Below, piece after piece: positions 35,255 through 48,017 of a stretch of DNA of 64,000 nt; position 1 is the first letter of the stretch; the number at the start of each line of letters is the position of its first letter. This stretch comes from Squalus acanthias (Eukaryota). The DNA lies in contig CM059433.1 in NCBI GenBank assembly GCA_030390025.1, forward strand, positions 16,866,001-16,930,000. The letters run 5' to 3'. Made by a program: the position numbers and the translations under genes. The notes under the pieces were generated by a model, which worked only from the letters and a program-made list of their open reading frames with translations, made no database searches and had not been told where the DNA came from.

Positions 35255-36005
35255 TAATAGAAAATGCTGGAAATATTCAGCAGGTCAGGCAGCATCTGTG
35301 GCGCAAGAAACAGTTAATGTTTTAGACTTTTCGTCAGAACTGGAAAAGGTTAGAGATGTGACAGGTATTAAGCAAGTACAGAGGCAGGGAAAGGGGGGGA
35401 GGGGAAGAAAGAACAAAAGGGAAGGTCTGTGATAGGGTGGAAGGCAGGACAGATTAAATGACAAAAGGGATGATGGTGAAACAGCGATTTACTTGTACTT
35501 TCAATTTAGTATACTGTATTCGCTGCTCACGATGCGGTCTCCTCTATATTGGGGAGACCAAACACAGATTGGGTGATCGCTTTGCGGAACACCTCCGTTC
35601 AGTCCACAAACGTGACCCCGAGCCTCTGGTCACCTGTCATTTTAATTCTCCGACCCACTCCCACCTCTCTGTCCTTGGCCTCCGATACTGTTCCAGTGAA
35701 GTTCATGTAAGCTCGAGGAACAGCACCTCGTCTTTCTATTAGGCACTTTACAGCCTTCCGGACTCAACATTGAGTTCAATAACTTCATATCATAACCTAT
35801 GCCCCCATTTTTTTTTGAATGGCAGCTGTTGCTGATGATTCTGATATTCCCATTTACACCTCCTCTAGACTCATCTTTTGTTTCTTTAATTATCCCATTA
35901 TCATCTCCTCCTTTTGCCACCTCTCCACAAATGCTGCCTGACCTGCTGAGTATTTCCAGCATCTTCTGGTTTTATTTCAGATTTCCAGCATCCACAGTAT
36001 TTTCC
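35255..36005 (+). mobile_element. Penelope-like element fragment: GIY-YIG endonuclease between inverted terminal repeats
   Basis: NLVYCIRCSRCGLLYIGETKHRLGDRFAEHLRSV...CHFN at about 35480-35650. ATGCTGGAAATATTCAGCAGGTCAGGCAGCAT (about 35264) is mirrored by ATGCTGCCTGACCTGCTGAGTATTTCCAGCAT (about 35931). Confidence 0.85.
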
Positions 36006-36540
36006 TTTCTTATTATAAATGTATCTTTTTTTAAAAGTTTTTGTACTGATCAAAATGGGAAGGTGAGGGCTGTCATTACTGAGGAATGGCATGCCTTTGT
36101 TCCACCTTTGGCAATTGGTATTGACATTAAGCACACTCTGGTCAGGTATAACACAATCCAGATTCAGCGTGAAGTTTCTTCCAGTCAGCTCAAACAAGCT
36201 GTCTGAATCTTAATCGCAGAAGACCACCTTCACAAATGTGAATTTTCCATTTCCACCAGCAGCTTAATGGCCCCTGAATAAAGATTGTTAATATTGAACT
36301 TGGAACAGTTTTGTACCAACTAAGAACTGGGTTGAGACTTGCCGAAACTCATTTGTAACTATCAAAGCGAAGTGACACTCATCTCATCAGCAAGGTCAAT
36401 AACTTTGAACAAACCCAAGCTGAAAAGATTATTTGCAAACCCACTGCACTATCCAATCCACCTATAATTCTATCCTATATTTTTAATTCTTTTTATCAAT
36501 TGTGTGAGCATTGAAGTATACTTTTCTGGTTGTGTTACAG

Positions 36541-36725
36541 TAATTGAGGACCAACAGAATCCTCGACTAATCAAAAACCTTCTACAGGATCTGGGTTCTG
36601 CCCTCTGTATCCTCGTCCGCGAGGTGGGAAGGTGTGTCCTTGTTGGGAACGTTAACATCTGGGTTTACCGTATGGAAACTATTCTGAATTGGCAACACCA
36701 GCTAAATAACCTGCAGATTACCAGG
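36541..36725 (+). CDS. FBXO25: FBXO25 coding exon (185 bp)
   Basis: ttacAG / GTagga boundaries. Reads (V)[61 protein letters not shown]. Confidence 0.96.
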
Positions 36726-37577
36726 GTAGGAATACTAAACCTACTTTATTGCTTACTACCCTTGTTTTGCTTTGACTTCCTTGTTGATCAGGTGCATGAA
36801 TCTGTTGTGTTAGTAGTTGATTAGTGTGTTGTATTAAAGGAACCATAAATTTGTGGCTTATCTTGATATCACCCCAGTCACCATAGCTGGGGCTGCTTCT
36901 GAGCTAGTAAACATGCAAGGTTTCAGACTTGATGACTACAATGTCTTCTCGGGGCAAGTGACCAATCTGCTCTCAGGAGGCAGGGCGGTCAGTAAAATCT
37001 TTTTAAGGATGCTGCGTGCCTCCATTTTAGCAGGATTCTTATTTTTAACCCATGGAGGCCGGGTTTCCCAGGGCTCGGGAATCATGGCAGGTAAAAGGAG
37101 GCGAGAAGGGCCGCATTCATGAGTTGAGTGCATTTACAACACTGCTTTTGAGCCAGGAGGAGCAGGAGTGTTTCCAGGCCAAACAAGCTTACCTCTGCAA
37201 TTGGCCGATTCCCTTTTTTTTCTCTTCCCGATCCCATAGCGATCTCTAACTGCTCCCCCACCCCAATCCCACACGATGTCTACTTACCTGGCACCTGCTC
37301 CCCGGCTGCTTTCCCACATGGCGGGAAACCTGCTGAAAAAGATTTTAAAGACATCCTGCGGTTGTCTGACCGGGTTTCCCATCCGGAAATCCTCCCCCCG
37401 CTCTAGTCATGGCCCGAGTAAATATCGGGGCCTATATTTCCAAAGCTGAAAAGTCTTTTAGTACACCTGAGGGTTATAACTGAATCATGTGTAGTATGTT
37501 ATAGTTCTGGCAAGATTATAAAAAGCCCTAGTATATTAAGTATTTTTTTCTAACACTTTTTCATTTTGTGTTCGCAG

Positions 37578-37760
37578 CAAATAAATAATGGTGCAACACT
37601 GAGTGATCTTCCACTTCACATGCAGAACAGCATTCTGCATAGGTTTTCTGACGGCCTGGACATCGTCAGCTTGGGTCAGGTGACTTCTACTCTGCACATG
37701 CTCAGTGAAGATAGACATCTGTGGAAAAAACTTTGTCAGTACCATTTTGCAGAAAAGCAG
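37578..37760 (+). CDS. FBXO25: FBXO25 coding exon with the F-box (183 bp), ending at a GC donor
   Basis: ttcgcAG acceptor. Reads QINNGATLSDLPLHMQNSILHRFSDGLDIVSLGQVTSTLHMLSEDRHLWKKLCQYHFAEKQ. Followed by GCAAGT. Confidence 0.95.
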
Positions 37761-38112
37761 GCAAGTCTGTCAGAGGAAGTAGAATGTGGCCTAATAAAAT
37801 GCAGTCAGGGTATGAAACTGAATTAAGGAAAGGGGTGGACTTCACTGAGGCACTGTGTTGCAGTGTCAGCAGGTAGGGTTGCAGAGCGGATATTAAAAAA
37901 AAAATTCAGAACTGTAGCTGTCTTCTGTTAGCTTAGGCAATCAAATTGTGCCCACTTGACAGTATTAATGGTAGAACCTCTCGGGCATTCCTGGTGCCCA
38001 GCGTTGCTAAGGACGTGTAGAAAATGTCTCTGATTTTCTTTCCTCACTTGCATGTCATTGTAATATGTATACCCATTTGTGAGTGGGAATATTGGCCCGA
38101 ATTTTGCGGTCA

Positions 38113-39400
38113 GCCGGCTCTTTGGTAGAGCTATCCAATTAGTCCAACTCCCCTACGATAGCAAAAGGTCATCGACCTGAAACGTCAACTCTCTTTCTCT
38201 CTCCACGGATGCTGCCTGGCCTGCTGAGTTTTTCCAGCGTTTTCTGTTGTTAGTCCAACTCCCCTGCTCTTTCCCTATAGCCCTGCAAATTCTCCCCTTC
38301 AAGTATTTATCCAATTCCCTTTTGAAAGTTATTATTGAATCTGCTTCCACCGCCCTTTCAGGCAGTACATTCCAGATCATCATAACTCGCTGCATGTATA
38401 TATATTTTTTTTAATTCCCTCATGTCGCCTCTTGTTCTTTTGCCTATCGCCTTAAATCTGTGTCCTCTGCTAACTGACCCTTCTGCCACTTCATGATTTT
38501 AAACACCTCTATCAAATCTTCTGTTTTAAGGAGAACAACCCCAGCTTCTCCAGCCTCTCCACATAACAGTCCTTCATCCCTGGTACCACTCTAGTAAATC
38601 ATCTCTGCACCCTTCTAAGGTTTTGACATCCTTCCAAGAACGGTGCCCAGAATTGAAAACAATACTCCAGCTGAGGCCTAACCTAACTTTTATAAGTTTA
38701 GTAGTACTTCCTTGCTTTTGTACTCTATTCCTCTAGTAATAAAGCCAAGGATGCATTTTTAACAGCCATCTCAACTTGTCCTGCCACCTTCAAAGATTTG
38801 TGTACATACACCCCCAAGGTCTCTCTGTTTCTGCACCCCTTTAATATTGTACTATTTAACTAGTATTGTCTCTCCTCATTCATCCTACCAAAATGCATCA
38901 CTTCACACTTCCCTGCATTAAATTTCATCTGCCATGTGTCTGGCCATTTCACTAGTCTGTCTATGTGCTCCTGAAGTTTGTTACTATCCTTCTCATTGTT
39001 TATTACATTTCCAAATTTCGTGTCATCTGCAGATTTTGAAATTATGCCCTGTATATCCAAGTCCAGGTCATTAATATATATCAAAAACAGCAGTGGTCCT
39101 AATACTGACCCCGGGAGAACACCACTGTATACTTCACTCCCGTCTGAAAAACAACTGTTCACCACTACTCTCTGCTTTCTCTCCCTTAGCCAATTTTGTA
39201 TCTACACTGCTACTTTTAATCTTTTGGGCTTTAATTTTGCTTACAGTCTATTATGTGGTACTTTGTCAAACGCCTTTTGAAAGTCCATATACACATGAAC
39301 TGCACAACCCTCATCAACCTTTAGTTACCAAGTTAATCAAACATGATTTTACTTTAACAAATCCATGCTGACTTTCATTAATTAGCCCATACTTTTCCAC
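38113..39400 (-). mobile_element. CR1 LINE fragment
   Basis: GVLPGSVLGPLLFLIYINDLD, SADDTK and WNVLPERAVEAD motifs on the minus strand. Confidence 0.88.
38155..38249 (+). mobile_element. 95-bp Penelope-derived insertion with 16-bp TSD
   Basis: TTAGTCCAACTCCCCT at 38139-38154 and 38250-38265. The insert holds AGGTC-ATC-GACCT-GAAACGTC, the 3' half of a hammerhead. Confidence 0.8.
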
Positions 39401-40556
39401 GGTTCTGGAAAAGAAAGGAAAACAAATGGAATTAATATTGAATTCTCGGTGGAGGATATCTTTTATGATTTCTTGTGCATTATTAATTGGATCTCACTGT
39501 TCAGGGATGGATGTAAAGTGCAATCTCTACATATAGTTTCAATTGAGAACTTTAAAAGTACAAAATTATTAGAAAAGAAAGTTAATCAAGCCTTTTCATT
39601 TCACGAACCATGTAGTCTGTTTGATCTTGGCCTCTGATCCACTTAATCTCCTAAAGAAAAATTCTTGAAAGGTTCTTCAAAGTTCCTCTCTGCCCCTACA
39701 AAGATTAATGGAGCGAAATAAGATCAACTTTATATCCTGCATTGTTGATCCACAGAACGGTCCATAGGTTATTTGAAAATTGTCTACTCCATGTAAATAT
39801 CTGCCCTGTAAAGCATTACAAAAATGTGACTAGGCTGTTGGTCCTCTTGATTGTAATAGCACAACAGAATTTGCTAGAAATTAAGTTAGACCTGCACATT
39901 GATGCCAGCAATAAAGGGTTGCTACAACAGCACATCAGCACTGTATATGTAAAGAATGTTGCTAGAATATCAGCATGAAACTGTTACTTGCTGAACCATG
40001 TTTGTTGGAGCATGCATAAGGTACAGGAAGGGTTGTGGTTTGACCCCCCCCACCCCTCCGTACTAGTTGTCCCATTTTTCTTTTGCTCCCAGAAACTACT
40101 GGGTCAATGTCATGAGACATTTGTGGAGGTTGCACTTGTTACTCAGTTGATCTTGTTGTGACAATTAATACACGCACGGTAGGGTGGTGTAGCTATAAGA
40201 GCTGAATTTAAGTGTGGAATTAAGGTATTAAAGGGATACAGTCTACATTAGTTTGCCAAATCTCCTTCCTCTTCCTGCCCAACCCCCCCCCCCCCCCCCT
40301 CCACTATTCTTTGTTCTTTTGCTGTTTGTCCCCCTTGGTTTTCTATGCACCTTGTCTCTCTCTGCTGCTGTGTCCTGGTGCTATAAATTCAATAAAATGC
40401 ATTATTCCATTACTTGCATGAGACATCACTGTAACAAAAATAATTTGTGGCTTTTTTCCTTCATCAAAGATCTTCTGAATTGAGGTAATTTTACTTTAAC
40501 TGAAATGTTGTAAGCATGAAGTTATGCCAAACTTTGCATCTGATGTTCTTTTCCAG

Positions 40557-40700
40557 TTCTGCAGACACCTGGTTCTGACCGAGAAGGGCTGTGTTGACTG
40601 GAAGCTGATGTATTTCACACTGCAGAAATACTGTCCAAAAAAGGAGCAATATGGAGATGCTCTACAGTTCTGTCGCCATTGCAGTATTTTGTTCTGGAAG
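40557..40700 (+). CDS. FBXO25: FBXO25 coding exon (144 bp)
   Basis: ttccAG / GTaatt boundaries. Reads FCRHLVLTEKGCVDWKLMYFTLQKYCPKKEQYGDALQFCRHCSILFWK. Confidence 0.96.
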
Positions 40701-41139
40701 GTAATTTGCCGTCAGTACCAAGTCCACCTGAAAATCTTTATCTTTCATTTCTAGTGCTGTGATTAAAAGATTTAAAAAAATCTCAAGTAGCCCATTGTAC
40801 TCATGTTCAATTTCTGATAGAAAAAAGCTTTATTCAACTGTTATTTTAAATCCCACTGGTAGACTGCTAAGCAGCACCTTATGCATGCATCAGAGGATGC
40901 ATGCATGGAGCTTTCCCTTTTCCCCAGTGATGTGACGAAGCCGCATAATTGTAGCTGCTTGCTTGCATCATTTTTTAAACATTTAATTGGGGCTAATATG
41001 CATGCTTTCCAAATGTACATTATCCAGAATTAATTTAGAGAAATTACTAGCTGAATCCTATATACAAGATATAGCACCATCTGAAACTTGCATTTTGGTA
41101 TGGTCATTCTTGTGGCGTTTTTAATGCTCTTGAGGAGCA

Positions 41140-44100
41140 TAAAAGCCGTGCAGGAGCAGCAGAGAGCATACCAAAACAACCACAGGGAGATAAAACTGAA
41201 GCAGTAACGTCACAACCAGCGTGAAGGGTGGAACCCGAGGAATTACAGCTAAGTATTTAGGATAAGTATTTGGTGGTTAGTGTTCAGTTAGTTTAAGTAA
41301 TTAGTTTATTGGTTAGAGTTTTAGTGTTGGCTAAACAGTTAAATACCCTTAAAGGAAAACAAAACAATTTAAAATAACTGTTAGCTAACATGGCAGGACA
41401 GCTGGGGCCATCACATGCACATCCTGTGCCATGTGGGAACTCCAGAACACTGTCCTGGAGAACCACATATGCAGGAAGTGCCACCAACTGCTCGAGCTTA
41501 GTTTCTGCTGTGATGAACAGGGCTGGGACCAATGTCCTTGTGGGGAGGTTAACTAATGCTGTGGGGGATGGTTTAAACTAATTTGGCAGGGGAAGGGGCA
41601 CCAGGACACCGCAGCAGAGAGGAGAGACAAGGTGCATAGAAAACCAAGGGGGACAAACAGCAACAGAACAAAGAATAGTGTAGTAAGAGCAGGAAGTAAA
41701 GTGGATTGTGTTTCAGTGGGAGAACATTGGGTAATAGTGAGCATAATATAATTAGATTTAAAGTAGTTATGGAAAGGGACAAAGAAAAATCAAAGGTGAA
41801 AATACCCAACTGGTAGAGAGCCAATTTCAATGATTTGAGATGGGATCTAGCACAAGTGAACTGGAAAAAAAGATTGGCAAGGAAAGCAGTAAATGAGCAA
41901 TGGCAGGCCTTCAAGGCAGAGATAGTTTGGGTGCAAATCCAGCATATTCTCATAAGAAGGAAAGATGGAGCATCTAAAGCTAGAGCTCCCTCGATGACAA
42001 AGGAAATAGAGGTTAAAATAAAACAGAAAAAGGATGTTTATGACAAATGTCAGGTACAGAATACAATCGAAAATCAGACAGAATACAGGGACTGCAGGGG
42101 GAAATTGAAAAAGCATACAAGAAGGGCACAGGGAGAGTATGAGAAGATTAGGAGGTAACATAAAAGGAACCCAAATATCTTTTATAAACATATAAAAAGT
42201 TAAAGGAATGGTGAGACCGATTGTGGACAAAAAAGGAAATCTTGTGGTGGCAGAGAGCATGACTGAGGTACTGAATGCGTACTTTGCATCTGTCTTCGCC
42301 AAAAACAAGGATGAAGTTAATGTTACAGTTGAAGGTGGGGGAAGGGGTAGTAGAGATATTGGATAGGATAAAAATAGATAGAGCAAGTCATCGGTCCAGA
42401 TGGGATACATCCTAGGTTGCTGAGGGGAGCTAGGATGGAGATAGCAGAAGCTCTGGATCACAATTTTTCAATCCTCCTTGGATATTGGAGTGGTTCCAGA
42501 GGACTGGAGAATTACAAATGTTACAACCCTGTTCAAAAAAGGGGAGAGGGATAAACCTGGTAACTGCAGACCAATCAACAACAACAACGTGTATTTATAC
42601 AGCACCTTTAACGTAGTAAAATGTCCCAAGGCGCTTCACTGGAGTGTTATAAAATCAAATTTGACACGAGCCACATAAGGAGAAATTCGAGCACAAGACC
42701 GAAAGTTTGGTCAAAGAGGTAGGTTTTAAAGAGCATCGTTAAGGAGGAAAGAGAGGTAGAGAGGCGGAGAGGTTTAGGGAGGGAATTCCAGAGCTTAGGG
42801 CCTAGGCAGCTGAAGGCACGACCACCAATGGTTGAGTGATTTAAAATCAGGGATGCTCAAGAGGCCAGAATTAGAGGAGCGTAGATATCTCGGTTGGGTG
42901 GGGGGGGAGGTTGTGGGGCTGGGAGAGATTAGAGATAGGGAGGGGCAAGACCATGGAGGGATTTGAAAACAAGCGTGCGAATTTTGAAATCGAGGCGTTG
43001 CTTAACCGGGAGCCAATGTAGGTCAGCGAGCACAGGGGTGATGGGTGAACGAGACTTGGTGCGAGTTAGGACATGGGCATGGATGAGGGTTTCAGCAGCG
43101 GATGAGCTGAGGCAAGGGTGGAGACGGGCGATGTTACGGAGGTGGAAATAGGCGGTCTTAGTTATGGCGCGGATATGTGGTCAGAAGCTCATTTCAGGGT
43201 CAAATATGACACCAAGGTTGCGAACAGTCTGGTTCAGCCTCAGACAGATGCTAGGGAGAGGGAAGGATTTGGTGGCTAGAGAACAGAGTTTGTGGTGGGG
43301 GACTGAAGACAATGGCTTCAGTCTTCCCAATATTTAATTGTAGGGATTGACAATTTAGAGACAGTGGAGGGGTCGAGAGAAGTGGTGGTGATGTAGAGCT
43401 GGCTGTCATCAGCGTACAGGTGGAAACTGACGTCGTATTTTCGGATGATGTCGCCGAGGGGCATCACATAGATGAGAAATATGAGGGGGCCAAGGATAGA
43501 TCCTTGGGGGACACCAGAGGTAACGGTGCAGGAGCGGGAAGAGAAGCCATTACAGGTGATTCTCTGGCTACGATTAGATAGATAAGAATGGAACCAGGCG
43601 AGTGCAGTCCCACTCAGCTGGACGATGGTGGAGAGGCGTTGGAGGAGGATGGAGTGGGCAACCGTGTCAAAGGCCGCAGACAGGTTGAAAAGGACGAGGA
43701 GCGATAGTTTACCTTTGTCACAGTCACATAGGATGTCATTTGTGAGTTTGATAGGGGCGGAAACCTGATTAGAGGAATTCAAACATGGAGTTCCGAGAAA
43801 GATGGGCACAGATTTGGGGAGGCAACCACGCGTTCAAGGACGTTGGAGATGGGGCGGTAGTTTGCAAGGACGGAGGGGTCAGGGTTTTTTTTGAGAGGGG
43901 TGATGATGGCATATTTGAAGAAGAGGAAGACAGTACCTGAGGAGAGAGAACTGTTAACAATATCCACTAACATGGGAGCCAGAAAAGGAAGTTGGGCGGT
44001 CAGCAGTTTAGTGGGAATAGGGTCGAGGGAGCAGGAAGAGTGGGTCTCATGGACAAGATGAACGCGGAGAGGTCATGAGGGGAGATCGGAGAGAAAGTGG

Positions 44101-45856
44101 AGAAAGATGTGAGTTCAGGGCTAGGGCGGGGGGAACCTTAGAGGAAGTTTGGCTTGGTGGGCTAGGGGAAGGAAGGGAAGTGGCAGAGGCAGCTGATCGG
44201 ATAGTCTTAATCTTAAGAGACAAAGTAGTCCATGAGCTCCTTGCACTTGTTGGAGGTGAGGGTGGAGAAGACAGGGGAGAGGGGTTTACGAAGATGCTTT
44301 GCAGTAAAGAAGCCGAGGGTTATCTTTGCATTCCAGAATGATCCTGGAATGGTGAGCAGTTTTGGCAGACGAGAGCAGGATCCGATAGTGCTTTATGTGG
44401 TCCAGCTAGATCTGGCGGTGAATGGCTAAACCAATCTGTTCAAGTCTGTGTCCCTTGGACTTAAGGGAGCAAAAATGAGGGCCGTGCTTGGGGCAATGGC
44501 CAGGGTGAGAGAGAGAGTAATGGTTTTACTAGGGACTAGGGCATCAAAGGTAATGGTTGAGGGTATGGTTGAGCAGATCGGTAGCTGCAAAAATATTGTG
44601 GTAAATAGAGGGCCAAAGGCTGGACAATTGGGATTATGTAAGAATTGGTCTAATGTCAGTGGCGGGAAAAATACTAGAGACCATTGTTAAGGAATAAATT
44701 AATTTTCACTTGGAGAAGCATTAATAAGGGACAGCCAGCACAGATTTATTAAAGGCAAATCTTCTCTGACTAACCTGATTGAGTTCTTTGATATGAAGTA
44801 ATGGACAGGGTTGATGAAGGTAGTGCAGTAGATGTATATATGGACTTTCAAAAGGCACTTGATAAAGTACCTCATAAGACATAATCAGAAAATAGAAGCA
44901 CATGGTATTAAAGAGCGATGGTAACTTGGGGTATAGAGTACAATTTCAAAGTTTGCGGATGATACAAAACTTGGCAACGTAGTGAGCATGTGAGTTGAAG
45001 ACTTCAGGAGGACATAGACAGACTGGTTAAATGGGAAAACACATGGCAGATGCAATTTAATATGAATAAATGTGTACTTTGGGAGAAACAACATGGAGAG
45101 GCAGTATAATCTAAGTGATACTATTTTTCTTTTGGGGGGGGGGGGTGGTAGGGTGCAAGAACAGAGGAACCCGGGGGTACATATTCATAAATCTTTGAAG
45201 GTGGCAGAGCAAATTAAGAAGGCGGTTAAGAAAGCATATGGGATACTTGGCTTTGTAAATAGGGACATCGAATACAAAAACAAGGAAGTTATGCTAAACC
45301 TTTACAAGTCTCTGGTTAGGTCTCAGCTGGAGTATTGTGTACAATTTTGGGCACCACACTTTAGAAAGGATGTCGAGGCCCTGGAGAGGGTAGAGGTTTA
45401 CCAGGAATAAGGGAGTTTATGCAGAGAGATTGGAGAAGCTGAGATTGTTCTCCTTTAGAGCAGAGAAGGTTAAGGGGAGATGTAATAAAGGTATTCAAAA
45501 TTATGAGGGGTTTTGATGGAGCAAGTAGGGAGGAACTAATTCCTCTGGCAAGTGGGTCAGTAACCATGGGTCATAGATTTAAAGTAATTGGTAAAAGAAC
45601 TAGAGGGGAAATGAGACATTTCTTCAGACAGAGGATTGTTAAGATCTGGAGCACACTACCTGAAAGGACGGTGGAATCAGATTCCATGGGAACTTTTAAA
45701 AGGCAATTGGACATGTACTTGAAGAGAACTAATTTGAAGGGTTATGGGAAAAAAGCAGGGGTGTGGGACTAAATTGGACAGCTCTTTCAAAGAGCTGGCA
45801 CAGGCATGACTGGCCAAATGACCTCCTTCTGTGTTGTAAGATTCTATGATTCCATG
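41140..45856 (+). mobile_element. Internally deleted CR1 LINE retaining 5' UTR and ORF1 start, interrupted by an L2
   Basis: ORF1-like MAGQLG...CTSCAMWE...HICRKC at about 41390-41490. ORF2 remnants at 41700-42575 and 44648-45772. ATTCTATGATTCCATG tail. Confidence 0.8.
42576..44647 (-). mobile_element. L2 LINE fragment nested in CR1
   Basis: (CAA)n tail at 42576. LSAAFDTVAH, GVPQGSILGPLIFLIY, LYADDSQLY and NYRPISN motifs. CR1 sequence resumes colinearly at about 44648. Confidence 0.88.
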
Positions 45857-46316
45857 TAATACTAAAGTAAGGTTACAGGGCTGTATTATTTACATTACCA
45901 TAGATCTATGGTCTTGGATTCCTGAGCTTAGAATGGTTGGCAGTGCTATGGTATGACAGTACATTGGCATTCTCTGTTGCCTGGAGTAGAACTGGACTGG
46001 AGGGAAGTTCTTCTGTCACAATAGAGCTGCATTGACCTTGCTGAAATGGGTGTGAAGTTCAAGTCCAGTCTTTCTTTTTAAATAATTTTTTTTAAAATCT
46101 TTTCGTTTTATCCCAGTATGAAGCATTTTAATGCTAAGTTTCCAGTGATAACAGATTTGTTTTCTATTTCTGAATGAGCTTTGCATTTTGGAGTTTTGAA
46201 TTAATTCTGGACTTAAGTATTTTATTGAGGATGTCTGAATCCAGTGTCAATCTATTGATAAAGTTTAAACGTTGGCCAAATACTTCGTTTTTTTTTGAAG
46301 CAGAGCATGTGTTACC

Positions 46317-46972
46317 AACCACAACAACTTGCATTTATATAGCACCTTTAACATAGTAAAACATCCCAAGGCACTTCACAAGAGCGAAATAAGACAAAAT
46401 TTGACTCCAAGCCAAAGAAGGAGACATTAGGACAGGTGACCAAAAGCTTGGTCAAAGAGGTAGGTTTTGATGAGCATCTTAAAGGAGGAGAGGTGAAGAG
46501 GCTTTGGGAGGGAATTCCAGAGCTTGGGGCCTAGGCAGCTGAAGGCACAATCACCAATGGTGGGTCAAAGGAAATCGGGTATGTACAAGAGGCCAGAATT
46601 GGAGGAGTGCAGAGTTCTCGGGCGGTTACAGGGCTAGAAGAGGTTAGAGACAGGGACAGGCGAGGCCATGGAAGGATTTGAACATGACTATGAGAATTTT
46701 AAAATTGAAGTGTTGGTGAACCAGGAGCCAATGTGGTGATGGGTGAACGGGATGGTGCGAGTTAGGATATGGGCAGTTTTGGATGAGCTCAAGTTTATGG
46801 GAGACCGGCCAGGAGAGCATTTGAATGGTCGAGTCTGAAGTAAAGCATGGATGAGGGTTTCAGCAGCAGATGGACTGAGGCAGGGCAGAGACACGTGATA
46901 TTACGGAGGTGAAAGTAGGCGGTCTTGGTGATGGAGAGGATATGCAGTCGAAAGCTTGGCTCAGGGTCAAAG
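46317..46972 (-). mobile_element. L2 LINE 3' fragment
   Basis: L2 tail CAACTTGCATTTATATAGCACC and ITKTAYFHLRNI motif. Confidence 0.82.
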
Positions 46973-47707
46973 CAATAAATGATGAGATTGCATAAATCTA
47001 AAACTTTTAGTTGAATCCATCTAAAATTCATGGCTCTCTTCCTGTCATATTTAGCCCACATGTGGTTTTACATTTTCTGTAAGTGATTAGTATTTGCTCC
47101 ATTTGGAGCAAAAATTGTATTATGTGAACAGAGACACCGATATTACTGAAGTATAACTGAGATACAGTGCGCTACGTCAGGCCTCTTCCTATAAACTGAG
47201 GATAGTTTGATGTTTGTTGATTCTCCTCAAATCCATTATGTTTACCAGTATAGTCTGGACAATTTGTGAATCTTTGTTCAGTTCATGCCTCCCAATTTTT
47301 GAATTAGAAATATGAACCGATATTCTGCATCTATCTGCTGTGCACAGCAAAAAATCTAGCATCTATATCTCGTTAAATCTGTTGTGAATTAGTCTGTCCT
47401 AGTTCTTTACCGTTGGTCCCAATAGCTACTTAATGAGTTAAAATCATCACCTCTTCCAATATCTTGATAGAAACAAATTGCCAATAATATCATGGATATA
47501 TTTTGTGTAATTTAATTCTGTTTTTCATTCCATTAATCGATTAAGAGCAATATTACGGAACAGGAGCTTTATTTAGGAAAGGTTCAGTGGAAAGGATCAT
47601 CAGGTTGGATAAATCCTTGTCTCTATTCTTTTAATTGTTCCTGTTTATCCTTTTTCCCCCTTTCTTTCATGCTTACCCCTCCTGCTCCTTCTTCCTTGAT
47701 CTCAAAG

Positions 47708-47734
47708 GACTACCATCTTGCTTTATTATTTAAG
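47708..47734 (+). CDS. FBXO25: FBXO25 27-nt microexon, probably alternative
   Basis: Long pyrimidine tract, then ctcaaAG|GAC TAC CAT CTT GCT TTA TTA TTT AAG|GTattt = DYHLALLFK. This matches the 9-aa insert I recall in the longer human isoform. Phase 0/0. Confidence 0.88.
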
Positions 47735-48017
47735 GTATTTTGAAACATTTACATCCTTGAATTCCAACTGCTATGTAATTATTGATCTAATTCACTGATG
47801 GCCCAGTCAAAATGTTGATACCTTAGTTAAGTACAATGTTAGAGGACAAGGGCTGGGTATGTATTTTTTAAACTGCTTATGGCATTTTTCATAGAGATAT
47901 ATTATCTTTGACTTGTTTGAGAAGTAGTGAGCATGTTGTGAGTAGCAAGTCTTTTGATACTGTAAGAAAGCTCTTAAAGGTTTCTATTAATTTTTTTGTT
48001 TTTTTCCTTTTTCTTAG

